A stretch of 64,000 bases of DNA from Cycas panzhihuaensis. Its lineage: Eukaryota > Plantae > Cycadophyta. The stretch is from contig CM041465.1 in the NCBI GenBank assembly GCA_023213395.1, positions 245,713,741 through 245,777,740 of the forward strand, read 5' to 3'. Below, piece by piece: positions 1 through 11,367 of the stretch. The position numbers were made by a program, and so were the translations under genes. The first letter of the stretch is position 1. Every line of letters begins with the position of its first letter. Below the pieces are notes generated by a model, which saw nothing but the letters and a program-made list of their open reading frames with translations, ran no database searches and was not told the DNA's origin.

Positions 1-3000
1 TCTCAAATCAAAAGATGAAGCATTCACAACATTCAAGGCATTCAAGACTCTCACAGAGAAGGAATCTGGATATCAGCTGAAGTGTCTTAGGACTGACAAT
101 GGTGGCGAATACACTTCAAATGAATTCGAAGACTTCTTGCATCACCAAGGGATCAATCATCAAACAACTATTGCAGGTACCCCTCAACAGAATGGCGTTG
201 CTGAAAGGGCTAACATGCCCATAATGAATATGGCACGGGCTATTCTCGTCTTCAAGAATGTACCTATATATCTTTGGGCCGAAGCTATTTATACTGCAGT
301 CTATTGCATGAACAACATAAGTCCATCGAAGCTCGGCCTGTCTCCAAATGAACGATGGACTGGACGGACCCCCATTGTCCATCACTTCAAAATTTTTGGC
401 TCTACTTGTTATGCTCACATTCTTGATGAGCACAGAAATAAGCTCCAGCTGCGAGCTTTAAAGGGCATCTTTGTTGGGTACCCCATGAACAAGAAAGGGT
501 ATAGGGTCTTCATTCCAACATGAAAGAACATCATTACCACTAGGGATGTGGTGTTTGCGGAGACAGAGGATCAACTGCTTCAACTTGATTCTAAAGCACC
601 GTCTCATAGATACAATGATGTCCAGGAATATGTTGTAAAGATTCCAACATTTGGGCAGGGAGACACTGAAGAAATACTCAAAATTTTGGAATCTGACAAT
701 AGAGCCCTGGAGGACACTATCCTTGACTCAGATCTTGTGCCAATCTGCACCAATCTAGGGCAATCTTGGGAGAATAGCTAGGAATCACCATGTCAAGCAT
801 CAAAAGGAAAAGGAGATGCAGAAGAACGACCTTCACCACCTTCAGTTGCAGGGCCGTCTTCTCCAGCAATGTCATCGACCTCCAGACCATACATCTCCCA
901 TGATCCTTTTCAAGATCAAAATGAAGACCAAGATGTTGTGGAAATGAGAACGTCATTCCCAACCAAAGGTTTTTGAGAAGCCTACCAGTTGCACAAAGAT
1001 TTGAGATCTGATGAGTTAGGCAAAACTGGCACTCGAAGCGGTGCCTATAGAGCAAGGGAGCAAACATCACTTCCCACAGAGCTTGAACCAGTTGAACTGC
1101 ACCTTGCTTCAAATGATGAGCCTCTATCGTACCAAGAACCTGTGAAACACATGGTTTGGAGAAATGCCATGAATGAGGAATACCAATCCTTGATCAAGAA
1201 CGGTACATGGGAGCTCGTTGATCTGCCTTTGGGAAGAAAGGTAGTCAGAAACAAATGGGTGTTCAAAAATAAATACATATTAGACGACACCCTTGAAAAA
1301 CACACCCTTGAAAAACACAAGGCAAGGTTGGTCGCAAAAGGATTCACCCAAAGGGAAGGCATCGACTACACTGAGGTCTTCGCACCAACTACCAAATGGC
1401 CCACAATCAGAGCACTTGTGGCCTTGGGTGCTCAACAGGGTTGGAAAATCCACCAACTCGATGTGAAAATTGCTTTTCTCAATGGAGATTTGGAAGAAGA
1501 AATCTATATGACACAGCCTGAAGGCTTTGAGATAGTAGGACATGAGCAGAAAGTGTGCAGATTGAAAAAGTTGCTATATGGCCTAAAACAAGCCCCTCGT
1601 GCTTGGTTCACCAAGTTGTCCAACAAAATGTGGCAACTTGGTTATGAGGTATGTGACTATCAAGACGTTGATGCAACTTTGTTCATTAAGAGAGAAAAAG
1701 GCAAAGTCATATATCTCCTGATCTTTGTGGACAACATGCTGATAACTGGAAACAATGAGCAGGATATTAGCAAATTAAAGATGGACTTGTCAAAATCCTT
1801 CGAACTGTCTGACCTCGGACTAATGAGATATTACTTGGGAATTGAGGTAACTCAATGTAATGGAAAAATCTCTCTCCTAAGAAAAATATATGAACGATCT
1901 TCTAATCAAGTTTCGATTAGAAGATGCCAGAACAATGTTTACTCCAATGGAACCAAATGTCAAACTTTCCGATGAAGACACTCGAGAGGTAGACAACACT
2001 CTATCAACAACTTGTAGGTAGCCTCATTTATATTACCAACATAAGGCCAGATATTGCCCATGGCGTTGGCATTCTTGCCCATCATGTGACAACTACAAAG
2101 CAAAACCATTGGCAAGCAGCAATACGAGTGTTGAAGTACCTAAAGACAACCAACAAACTTGGTTTGTTGTATGATCATAACAATGATTTTAGACTTACAG
2201 CATACATAGACTCGGATTTTGCCGGTGACAAAAATACCGGAAAGTCAATGTCTAGGTACATCACATTTCTTGGAACAACTTCAATTTCATGGTGGTTAAG
2301 GTGGTAGAAAATCACTGTAGATTCTATTGCTAAAGCCGAATACGTAGCTGTTTCAGAGACTAGCATGGAGGTGATATGGCTTCGCAAATTAGTACATACT
2401 TTGGATATCACACAGACAGGTCAGTCAACAATCCATATGGCCAAGAATCTTGTTTTTCATGATCGTACAAAGCACATTAGTACAAAAGTCCACAGGATCC
2501 GAGAATTGGTCCATGACGGCACAATACAATTGGAACACTGTCTCACAACAGAACAAGTGGCTGATATCTTCACCAAACTGCTGCAAAGGGTGAAGTTTGA
2601 ACAGTTCCGATAGCAGCTCAGCCTCAGGGCCTCCATCTCCAACTGATTGAAGGAGATGGCACATAGAACCAGCATACTCTATCCCATTCGTGAAAACCCC
2701 TTGTGGGCGCGAAAGCATTAGAGTAAGTCTCTGCTCTCTCCCATTCGTGAAAACCCCTTGTATGTGCGAAAGGAGTTGGGTTGTGCGTGTTTTAAAAATC
2801 AGAACCTATGAAAACCCAAAAGGGCATGGGGGATGACAAAACGGTATATGGAGACTTAGCATATTGAAGTTGCACAACCAACTTGTACTACTTGGCCATC
2901 TGGTTACACTCAAAGAGCCGCCTGAGCCATTTCATAGAATAGGAAGTCAAGTCCGTGGGTTTTTATTACCCTGAGGGTTTTTCCACAAAAGTGTCTTGCA

Positions 3001-3505
3001 GGTTGTAGAATGTTTTTCTCAATGTAATGATGAGGCTAAAATGAAGACCTCATAGATTAGAATAGGATAAAGGAAAATGACCTTCTTCCATTAAGGGGGG
3101 GATTGTGACGATGTTAATGTCACATGGTCATTTCATAAAGTTAGAATTATATAAATTCACTTTTATGTTTGTAACTTTAGGATAAGGTGACTATGCTTAA
3201 GTCACTTAAGTGAAATGACATAAAGTTCATTTCATTGTAATTTCATGTAATCTCATTTGAATGTCATTGGAAGGGAAAACTCAAATTCCAAACCCTAATG
3301 AGCATTCTCATTATGTAAGTTGAAATTAAATGGAGAGTGATCATATTCTACAGTTCTCCTCTTTGAGCTTAAGCTATTAGCATTTCTCTTGTTGAGTACA
3401 TTGTGCTTGTCTCCACTATTTGCCATTGTGTAGTGTTAGTGCACTAGATACCTAGATCCATTCCCTCAACAATTCTAAACTCGAAATTGCCACATACTCT
3501 TTACA
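1..3505 (+). mobile_element. Ty1/copia LTR retrotransposon, 3' part (integrase-RT-RNaseH, PPT, 3' LTR); degenerate
   Basis: Integrase TPQQNGVAER (137-523); RT WELVDLP..KARLVAKGFTQREGIDY..LYGLKQAPRAW (989-1975); RNaseH DSDFAGD..KHI..EQVADIFTK (2086-2613); PPT AAGGGGGGGA ~3093-3102; LTR TG(3104)..TTACA(3505). Frameshifts and stops present. Confidence 0.95.
3104..3505 (+). repeat. 3' LTR of copia element
   Basis: TG..CA termini directly after the PPT; gypsy protease sequence resumes immediately after 3505. The partner LTR is outside the window. Confidence 0.75.
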
Positions 3506-6500
3506 ACTGGCAAACGAGTTGCTAGTAAAACTAATGGGAAATTTGTCAAATGTTAAAGTCGATGTGGCTGGCATTGTGGTAGGAATCTATTTCACTATTA
3601 TAGAAACTATCAAGGGGATGGTGCCTTATCCGACACTACTTGGCGGCCCTTAGCTCTACAAGATAGACTGTTTACAGAGTTGGAAAAATGTGACATTCAT
3701 GTTATCGGATGGAGGAAGTGATGTAGTCCTCCCTATGCTCGAGAAGTTGTCAATTGAGATGATTCTAGATGATGCTCCTAGTATGACGATTGCTATTGAG
3801 GAAACGTCATCATCATTTGAAGAAACTAATTTATACCTCATAATGGAAGAACCTACCAAGATGATTAATTCTCAAGAATTTGAAGCTAATTGTTTTGGGG
3901 AATTGTGTATCTTCTTAGATGATGAGTGAATAGAGAAATTTGTTGATTTCTGGTTGCATGAGTAGTATGAGGGTAACCCTCCATCTTACTGATGTAACCT
4001 GTTTTCTAGATGTATTGCTAATGACATTAATAAATCCAATTCTTTTGAGTAATTTGGTGATTATAACAATAGGACAATAGTTAGCATAGGAAATGGATGT
4101 ATGGATGCTATAGTCAATGTTAATATGATTCAAACCCTAGACCACAACCACAACCTTATCCCTAATCCCTTCCTTAACCCAAACCCTAACAACTATCCCG
4201 AACCTAAACTTTTAGCCCCACTTGACCCTAGTTTTCCCTCTACCTCTGGTGTGGGTTCAGAGGTAGACAACCCTTCCCCTCCCTTAAACCTTCCTTGGGA
4301 AGGAATCAATAATTCTTCCTCCTCTTCTCGAGGTGCACCCACCCATCATTAAGACCTCTTCCTCGGAAGGCACTTCACCCATGGGTACTGAATTGTTAAA
4401 CGAAGAGATATCCTGTAGAAACTTGTTCCATATATTGGGGATTATGTAAAACCATTTTTTGGGAAACAATTGTATGGTACCACTCACTCAATCCAATGCA
4501 TGGAATATTGGAAAGAGAAAAGAATGGTCGATAAAGACCAATGGGACCTAGGTTTCATCTTACCTTTAAGAGGATCTTCATGACATTGGTATTTAGCCCA
4601 TTAGGCTTCCCTTCAAAAATGTGCTGAGCGCCAAGAAGATTTTAGACTTTGGTCTGACTAGTGTCCCATCTTTCTACGTAGAGTAGTTTCCTAAGAAACA
4701 CATTGAACGTTTCACGGATTATTGGAAATCTCCGAGCTTTCCTAAAAATAAGTGGAGCCATTTATTTTTTCATAGCTTGGGAAGAATGGGTAAGAAATGG
4801 ATGCTAGAGAAGGAGAAAACCCTAGACTCATCTTGGTATAATTAAAAAAGTTCTTTTATTAAGACATTTTCACATTCCTTCCACAATAAAACCTTTAGAT
4901 AAAATACTCAAGCAAATTAGGAAATTGAGTACATATGTAGAACAACCTAAAAATATGTCATTAGCACAAGCAGTGGAAAGTAGGGAAGTTCAGGAGGAGG
5001 AGGAGGAGGAGGGAAGGGAAAACCATGATTTTCCTCTAGAATATACTGAGTTGGAATACAAAGAGCGGGAGATTGAAGACACCCTAGCTCATAAGATGAC
5101 AGACCAAGATAAAATAGAAGTGGAAAAGTTTAAAACAACAGAGAATAACTTGAGAACACTAGGAAAACCCAAGAATATACTTATTGGAAACTATTGGGAT
5201 GAGAAAACAATGACAAAGGAACAAGCATTGTTTGAAAAATATAAAGACGTCTTTGCGTGGTCTTATAAAGACCTTGAGGGAATTCCTCCAGAGTTTGGAA
5301 TGCACCATATTGAATGGGTAAGTCCAGTGGTGGTTGTATTGAAAAAGAATGAAAAGATTCAAGTTTGCGTTGACTATCGACAATTAAATAAGGTGACAAA
5401 AAAGACCCGTTTTCTCTACTTTTTACAAAGGACGTATTGAAGATGGTATGGGGAAATGAAGTCTATTCAAATGGTTTTAGTGGTTATAATTAGATGCAAA
5501 TTTTCCTTGAAAATTAGGGAAAAACGACTTTTGTCACAGAATGGGGAATGTGTGCTTACAGAGTGATGCCCTTTAGATTGACCAATGCGCCTGCCACATT
5601 TTACGACATTGTCATTAATATCTTCAGGAAAATGAGTGGGAAGAAAGTTGCAGTATTTCTTGATGACTGGACATTATATGGATTGATGAAAAATCACATG
5701 GATAATCCTAGATAGATGCTGCAAGCATGTAGAGAACATAATCTTTGCCTCAACTCCACTGGAAATTTGCTCGGACATATTGAGAGTAAAGATAGATTGC
5801 TAACTGATCTAGTTAAATTGCCAACCATTGTGCATTTTCCAATTTCGCTAACACAGAAATAGTTAAAAGGTTTTTTGGGACTGATAGGATATTATAGAAA
5901 ATTCATTCGAGGTTATGCATGTATATCCAGACCTTTGGAGCAATTATTAAAGAAAGATATAGAATGGGAATGGGGCACATAGCAACAAGATGCATTAGAA
6001 TCATTGAAAGTCGCGATAGCATTTTATACCATCTTATGCTTTCCAAACTGGGCCAAGATATTCAATGTCCATGTGGATGCATCATAATTTGCAATTGGGT
6101 GCGTGCTAGCATAATCAGGAGAAGCAAATATTGATCATCCATTTTATTTTACCAACACGAAATTGACAAAAGTCGAACAAAATTATACAACCGTTGAGCG
6201 AGAAGGCCCCAGTATGGCATATGCTTTGCAAAAATTTCAACACTACCTTTTGTCCAATCCATTTACCTTTTATGTCAATCATTAAGCCTTGATGTATTTA
6301 TTGAATAAACCTATATTACGAGGATGGATTAGCAGATCTTATGTTATTCCAACAATTTAGGTTTAAAATATTAGTCAAATCGGGATAAGCCCACATTTTA
6401 CAAGACCAATTATCAAGAATAAGAAATGGAGAGGAAGCCACATGCATATCTAATGATTTTCTAGATGCCACACTCTTACTGTGGAAGCAGTTCAAATTGA

Positions 6501-7971
6501 GTGGTACGAAGGAATTCCAGAATATCTGGCGACAAGAATATTATTGCTAGAAATGGACAGGACAGAATGCAGGAATTTGGTTCGGAAGGTAGAACCCTAT
6601 TAGTTGATTATGGGGGAATTATATTATCTTGGCCCTGATGAGGTACTCTGACGTTGTTTAAAACCACACGAAGTTGATCAAATCATGAACCAAGCCCATG
6701 AAGGCGTGGCAGATGGCCACGTGGGGAAGATGGCGACATGGTTAAAGTGTTATTTGCAAGATTCCTAGTGGCCAATGATATTTGAAGATATTAAAAAGTG
6801 GATATAGTAATGTAACTATTGCCAGTGAGTGGGGAAACCAAAGCTGCAAGATTACAACCCATTCAAACCAATTTGCCACTTGCACCCTTTGAAAAATGGA
6901 GTCTTGATTTCATAGGGCCCATCAAGCCAGCAACCTGACATTCTCAAGCCCATTATTTTATGGTGGTAATAGATTACATGACAAAATGGGTAGAAGCTCG
7001 ACCTTTGAGGAAAGTAGATTTTGAAAGTATAGTGAGATTTTTATATGAAGTGATTATTACACGATATGGATGGCCCTTGAAAGTTATAAGTGATCAATGA
7101 GCCCATTTCTTAAATCAAGCAGTGGAAACCTTGACTTCAAAATTCATGATTAGTCACCACAAATCTACACCATATTACCCACAAGCAAATGGACAAGTGA
7201 AAAGTTCAAACAAGATCATTAAGAATTGCCTTTGGAAGATATGTGATGTAGGATGATTAGACTGGGTAGAAAAGTTATCATCGGTACTTTGGGCATTTCA
7301 GACATTAAAGAAAGCAACTCGTCATGCACCAATCTAATTAGTGAATGGAATAAAGGCAATCCTTCTGGTTGAATTCGAAATTCCAAGTTTACGAGTAACC
7401 ATGGCATGTTGATTGGATGATTTCCATTTACTATGTGAATGCTTGAAGCAACTAATCCTACTAGAGGAAACACGACATAAAGCTAATTGGTTACAAAACA
7501 TTGAGATAATGAGACAAAAGGCATGGCACGGTCGCAGTCTGAGAGCGTCACAATTCCAAGAAGGTGACCAAGTTTTACATTATAACAATAAATTTTGAAC
7601 CCACCCTGGGAAATTAAAGATGCGATGGTTTGAGCTATACATCATTGACAAAATCTTTGATAATGGTTCAATAAGATTACAGGAAATTGATGGACCTCAA
7701 TTGTCAGCTTTGGTCAATGGCAGCCAGTTGAAACCTTATCACAACTAGGGTATATCTGCCCACTAGAGGTATCAGTTGGTTGTACCATAATGTGTTGTTT
7801 GAAGTTGGAGACAATCGAGGTTGTCTTGGTGCCAAAACATGGTTCCAATTTGATACATAAATAGAAAAACAGAAGAAGAAGAGAAAAATATTAAAATAAT
7901 CGTAACTCCTATTATACACTTTTAAGTAATATGACAAAAATATTATGAAAAAAGAAGAAGAAGAGAGAGAG

Positions 7972-7974
<3 letters not shown>

Positions 7975-8023
<49 letters not shown>

Positions 8024-8032
8024 GTATGTATA
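7975..8032. repeat. (TA)n/(TATG)n microsatellite
   Basis: Direct inspection. Confidence 0.95.
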
Positions 8033-8553
8033 GATATCTATAAGAAAAAGAGTGCATAAAACAATGATGTAAAAAAAATGATGACAAAATTTAGGGAAAT
8101 TATATATAGTGAAAAATACAAAAAAGTGAAGCAAAAGTGATAAAAGTATTGATTATTGGAAGAAAAATGCAAAATACTAAAAATTTGAGTATACATACCT
8201 ACAAATACACTATATGTACCAAAAAAGTAAGTTATCGAGAACGCATATAATAAAAGTATGTAAAGTAACCAAATACACTATATATATTAGTAAGCATTCC
8301 TACGTGGTACACATAGAGGAAAACTTTGATTACAAGTGCCAAATTGCAAAAGTAAAGCCTCATTTCAACGAGATTCAATGCCAACATGTCAAATAACCAG
8401 ACATAGAAGTGTTCAAAGTGAAAAGGACAAGCATTCTAGTCGGTAATAGCCATATGTTGCTCCAAAGTATGCATTCAGGTTCTCCATACCTCAACTGTAC
8501 CCATTCTTCTTGTAAGTGTAAGTATCGCTTCTTGTCTTTCCATTTATGTCTAG

Positions 8554-9648
8554 AATGAGAACTACAAGGTGCCAAGAGACCTACTTTCCCAAATTAAGAA
8601 AGGAGCTAAAAGGGTTACCTAATACATTCAAAACAAGGGTTAAATTGGAAGTATGGGGAGAGTATATATATCCGAGTCCACTGTATTGGGACCTAGAACT
8701 GATGGAGAACATATTATTGGAGATGAAAAAGGATATTGAGCAAATTCGGCTTGATGCAGATATCATTCATGAGATTATAGGACTTCCCAAGGAGGGGGAC
8801 CTCCTAACTTCTACTAAACAGTCCGATGTGGACCGTGAAACTTGGTTAAAGAAATACTGCATAGAGAATGCACAAATTCTCTCAAGAGGAATACGGACAA
8901 TAAACATCAAGGACATGCGACTATAGTGGGTTGATAAAATCATAAACACTCGATTCCTGTCCAAAAGGAAATACAAATACATTCCGGGGGGGAATGATGC
9001 TAGTATTACATGAAATCCATGATGCAGTACAATTAAATTGGTCAGAATTCTTGGTAGAAAGCATGAAATAGCAAATTGAGGAAGTAACAACACACTCCTT
9101 CAGGCATCCTTCCTTGTTATTTCTAGCAGTGCTTATTCATCATTGTTCGAGGGTACAACCTCCCCAAATACTTATTCGCCCACATGAGCCATTGATCAAA
9201 CAGTGGGTGGATGCTTCTCCGGAAACTACTCAGGATATGGAGATAAAAAGAAGGGTGAAAAATGGAAATGATCAAAATTCTGAGATGGTTACAACACATA
9301 CCTGACACTTCCATCCCACATTGCTCCAAGTAGGTGGTATATAAAAGCACCAAGAGGAGATAAAAAGTAGAGGATGAAGACGAAATTGAAACAGGACCTT
9401 CACTAGAGGATTGGGCTGAATTTCCTCCCACAACGGAGTTGGGAGAAACATCCTCCCAACCAATCCAAATAGAAGAGAAAGGCTAGCAAATTATTCGCAT
9501 GATTGAGGAATTGGAAGTAGGAAACAAAGCAGAGATCGCAACCTTGCAAGAAAAGCTAAAGGAGAAAGACACCATTATAGCTACCCTTACCGAAATTAAT
9601 GAGGAAATCTTGAAGGCTAGTGAAGCACTAGCAGATCCAAGCCAGTAA
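8554..9648 (+). pseudogene. 3' additional ORF of gypsy element (between pol and 3' LTR); PMD/env-like motif plus C-terminal coiled coil; disrupted
   Basis: MRTTRCQETYFPKLRK..IRLDADIIHEIIGLPKEG.. continues through frameshifts to ..EIATLQEKLKEKDTIIATLTEINEEILKASEALADPSQ*; a homolog lies at 23670-24770. Confidence 0.7.
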
Positions 9649-9740
9649 GAGCAACCTTAAGACAAAGTGGGGGAGAGAAGACTAATCAAAAATTTGAAGT
9701 GAGCAAGGATGCTTAACCCTTTTTATTGACCTGAGATAGA

Positions 9741-10530
9741 TGTTGGGGTTAATTCTGGCACATATGATAGTCTAGACCATGGAAACACAAGAACACAAGC
9801 TTGTTCTAATAGGTTGAATGCAGGTACACATCGCTGGAAGGATGTACTAGGGTATGCATGAAAGGAAACATAGCAAGAGTTTAGAAAAATGGCTTTTAGG
9901 GTATGCATTCCAGGATGCATACTCAAATGGTACGTACATAGATAAGTATACTTGTGGTATGCATAGAAGGGTACACATGGTACACATGCCTAGATTAGAC
10001 CTAAATGTTCCAGACATGTTGACGTCAGCCACAAACATGGGTGCGTACGGCCGTACGGACCAAAAAGGCACTAATTAATGAATTGTAATGTATCTTAAGT
10101 GAAAAGGCACCATTTATTAAGAAATGGAATGGTTGTGATAAGAAGTCACAACCATTCGCCCAAAGGCATGTATTTGGGTATTTATGAGGGCTTGTTCCAC
10201 CATTGTTGGTGTGAGAGTCCAGTATTGTATCTAGTCTTAGCTAGTGCACAACATTGAATGTAATGGTGTGTTCCAATAGGGCATGATACACATGAGCAAT
10301 GCAGGGAATGCATGCAGTGATATGTTCTAAACTTATATGGAAATGTACCAATAGCAAAATTGCTTAATATAATCAAGAGTTACATGAAATATTATCATGC
10401 ATGATAAAGTGATTGCATGTGGAATGTATGATGGCTTTCTAACTAGTATGATGGAATAATGTGTTATTATGTTGTCGTAGTGATGATGTTAATATTTCGG
10501 TGATATAATCATGTTGACCGACCCTAACTA
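9741..10530 (+). repeat. 3' LTR of gypsy element
   Basis: Starts TGTTGGGG and ends CCCTAACTA (imperfect terminal inverted repeat); the same upstream boundary motif occurs at 24830-24870. Confidence 0.6.
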
Positions 10531-10532
10531 GG

Positions 10533-10639
10533 CTACCTGCAATGACCCTTAACAAGTGCATATCTCACAAGTGTAGTGAAATAGAACTACCTGCAATGAC
10601 CCTTAACAAGTGCATATCTCACAAGTGTAGTGAAATAGA
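10533..10639. repeat. Perfect tandem duplication, 54-bp period x2
   Basis: CTACCTGCAATGACCCTTAACAAGTGCATATCTCACAAGTGTAGTGAAATAGA at 10533 and 10587. Confidence 0.95.
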
Positions 10640-10694
10640 GCTCAATAGGAATTTTCTTACGATCTGTGGGCTTCCTTGGTGCATGGGATTTGCA

Positions 10695-11367
10695 CAATCA
10701 GATCTTCATCTCAACGTTCATGTGCTTCATCTCATGGTGGTTATCTTCATTGGTGACAGATCACTGTGAGTCACTTAACCTTTACTATTTGCATTAGGGA
10801 TATTTACCAATGCTTGGCGAATTTCTCATGGATTGCAGGCGTCTCTATCTTTGTGGTAGGATGGCCTTCTAATCCTTGTCTAATAGCAAACTATCCCTGG
10901 GTAGTTTCTTTCGATCTTCACATTCTTCTTCTAATTTCTTCTTTGAGTCTTCATGTTTTTTTTTTTTTTAATTAAATTTCCCTAAATAAGGTAGGGAGCA
11001 ATCCTTCTTCAAGCCGCTTCTAGGGCATCAATCAAATCTTCATCTCAACGTCCATGTGCTTTATCTCATGGTGGTTATCTTCATTGGTGACAGATCACTG
11101 TGAGTCACTTAACATTTATTATTTGCATTAGGAATATTTACCAATGCTTGACGAATTTCTCATGGATTGCAGGCGTCTCTGTCTTTGTGGTAGGATGGCC
11201 TTCTAATCCTTGTCTAGCAGAAAACTATCCCAGGGTAGTTTCTTTTGATCTTCACATTCTTCTTCTAGTTTCCATGCTCTTCTTTCAGTCTTCATGTTTA
11301 TTTTTAATTAAATTTCCCTTAATGAGGTAGAGAGCAATCCTTCTTCAAGCCGCTTCTAGGGCATCAA
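10695..11367. repeat. Tandem duplication, ~334-bp unit x2
   Basis: CAATCARATCTTCATCTCAACG..GCCGCTTCTAGGGCATCAA at 10695 and 11029; the near-identical ORFs at 10766 and 11100 are by-products. Confidence 0.95.

Larger units (their letters stand above)
3506..10530 (+). mobile_element. Ty3/gypsy LTR retrotransposon (PR C-term, RT, RNaseH, integrase, 3' extra ORF, 3' LTR), interrupted in PR by the copia insertion
   Basis: LANELLVKLMGNLSNVKVDVAGI..PYPTLLG (PR tail); RT DVFAWSYKDLEGI..WVSPVVVV..CVDYRQLNK, MPFRLTNAPATF, FLDDW; RNaseH HVDAS..NYTTVERE; integrase DYMTKWVEA..STPYYPQANG; ends VNGSQLKPYHN* at 7748; LTR ~9741-10530. Confidence 0.9.

Noticed and set aside
1287-1317. TLEKH-TLEKH repeat in copia RT
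   Set aside because: A simple 15-bp slippage duplication in a dead element.
4130-4215. Interstitial telomeric repeat (AAACCCTA-like)
   Set aside because: Irregular 6-bp period encoding an Asn/Pro-rich linker in the gypsy polyprotein, not a TTTAGGG array.
7704-8134. Minus-strand ORFs with YIYIYI runs
   Set aside because: Microsatellite and AT-rich artefacts.
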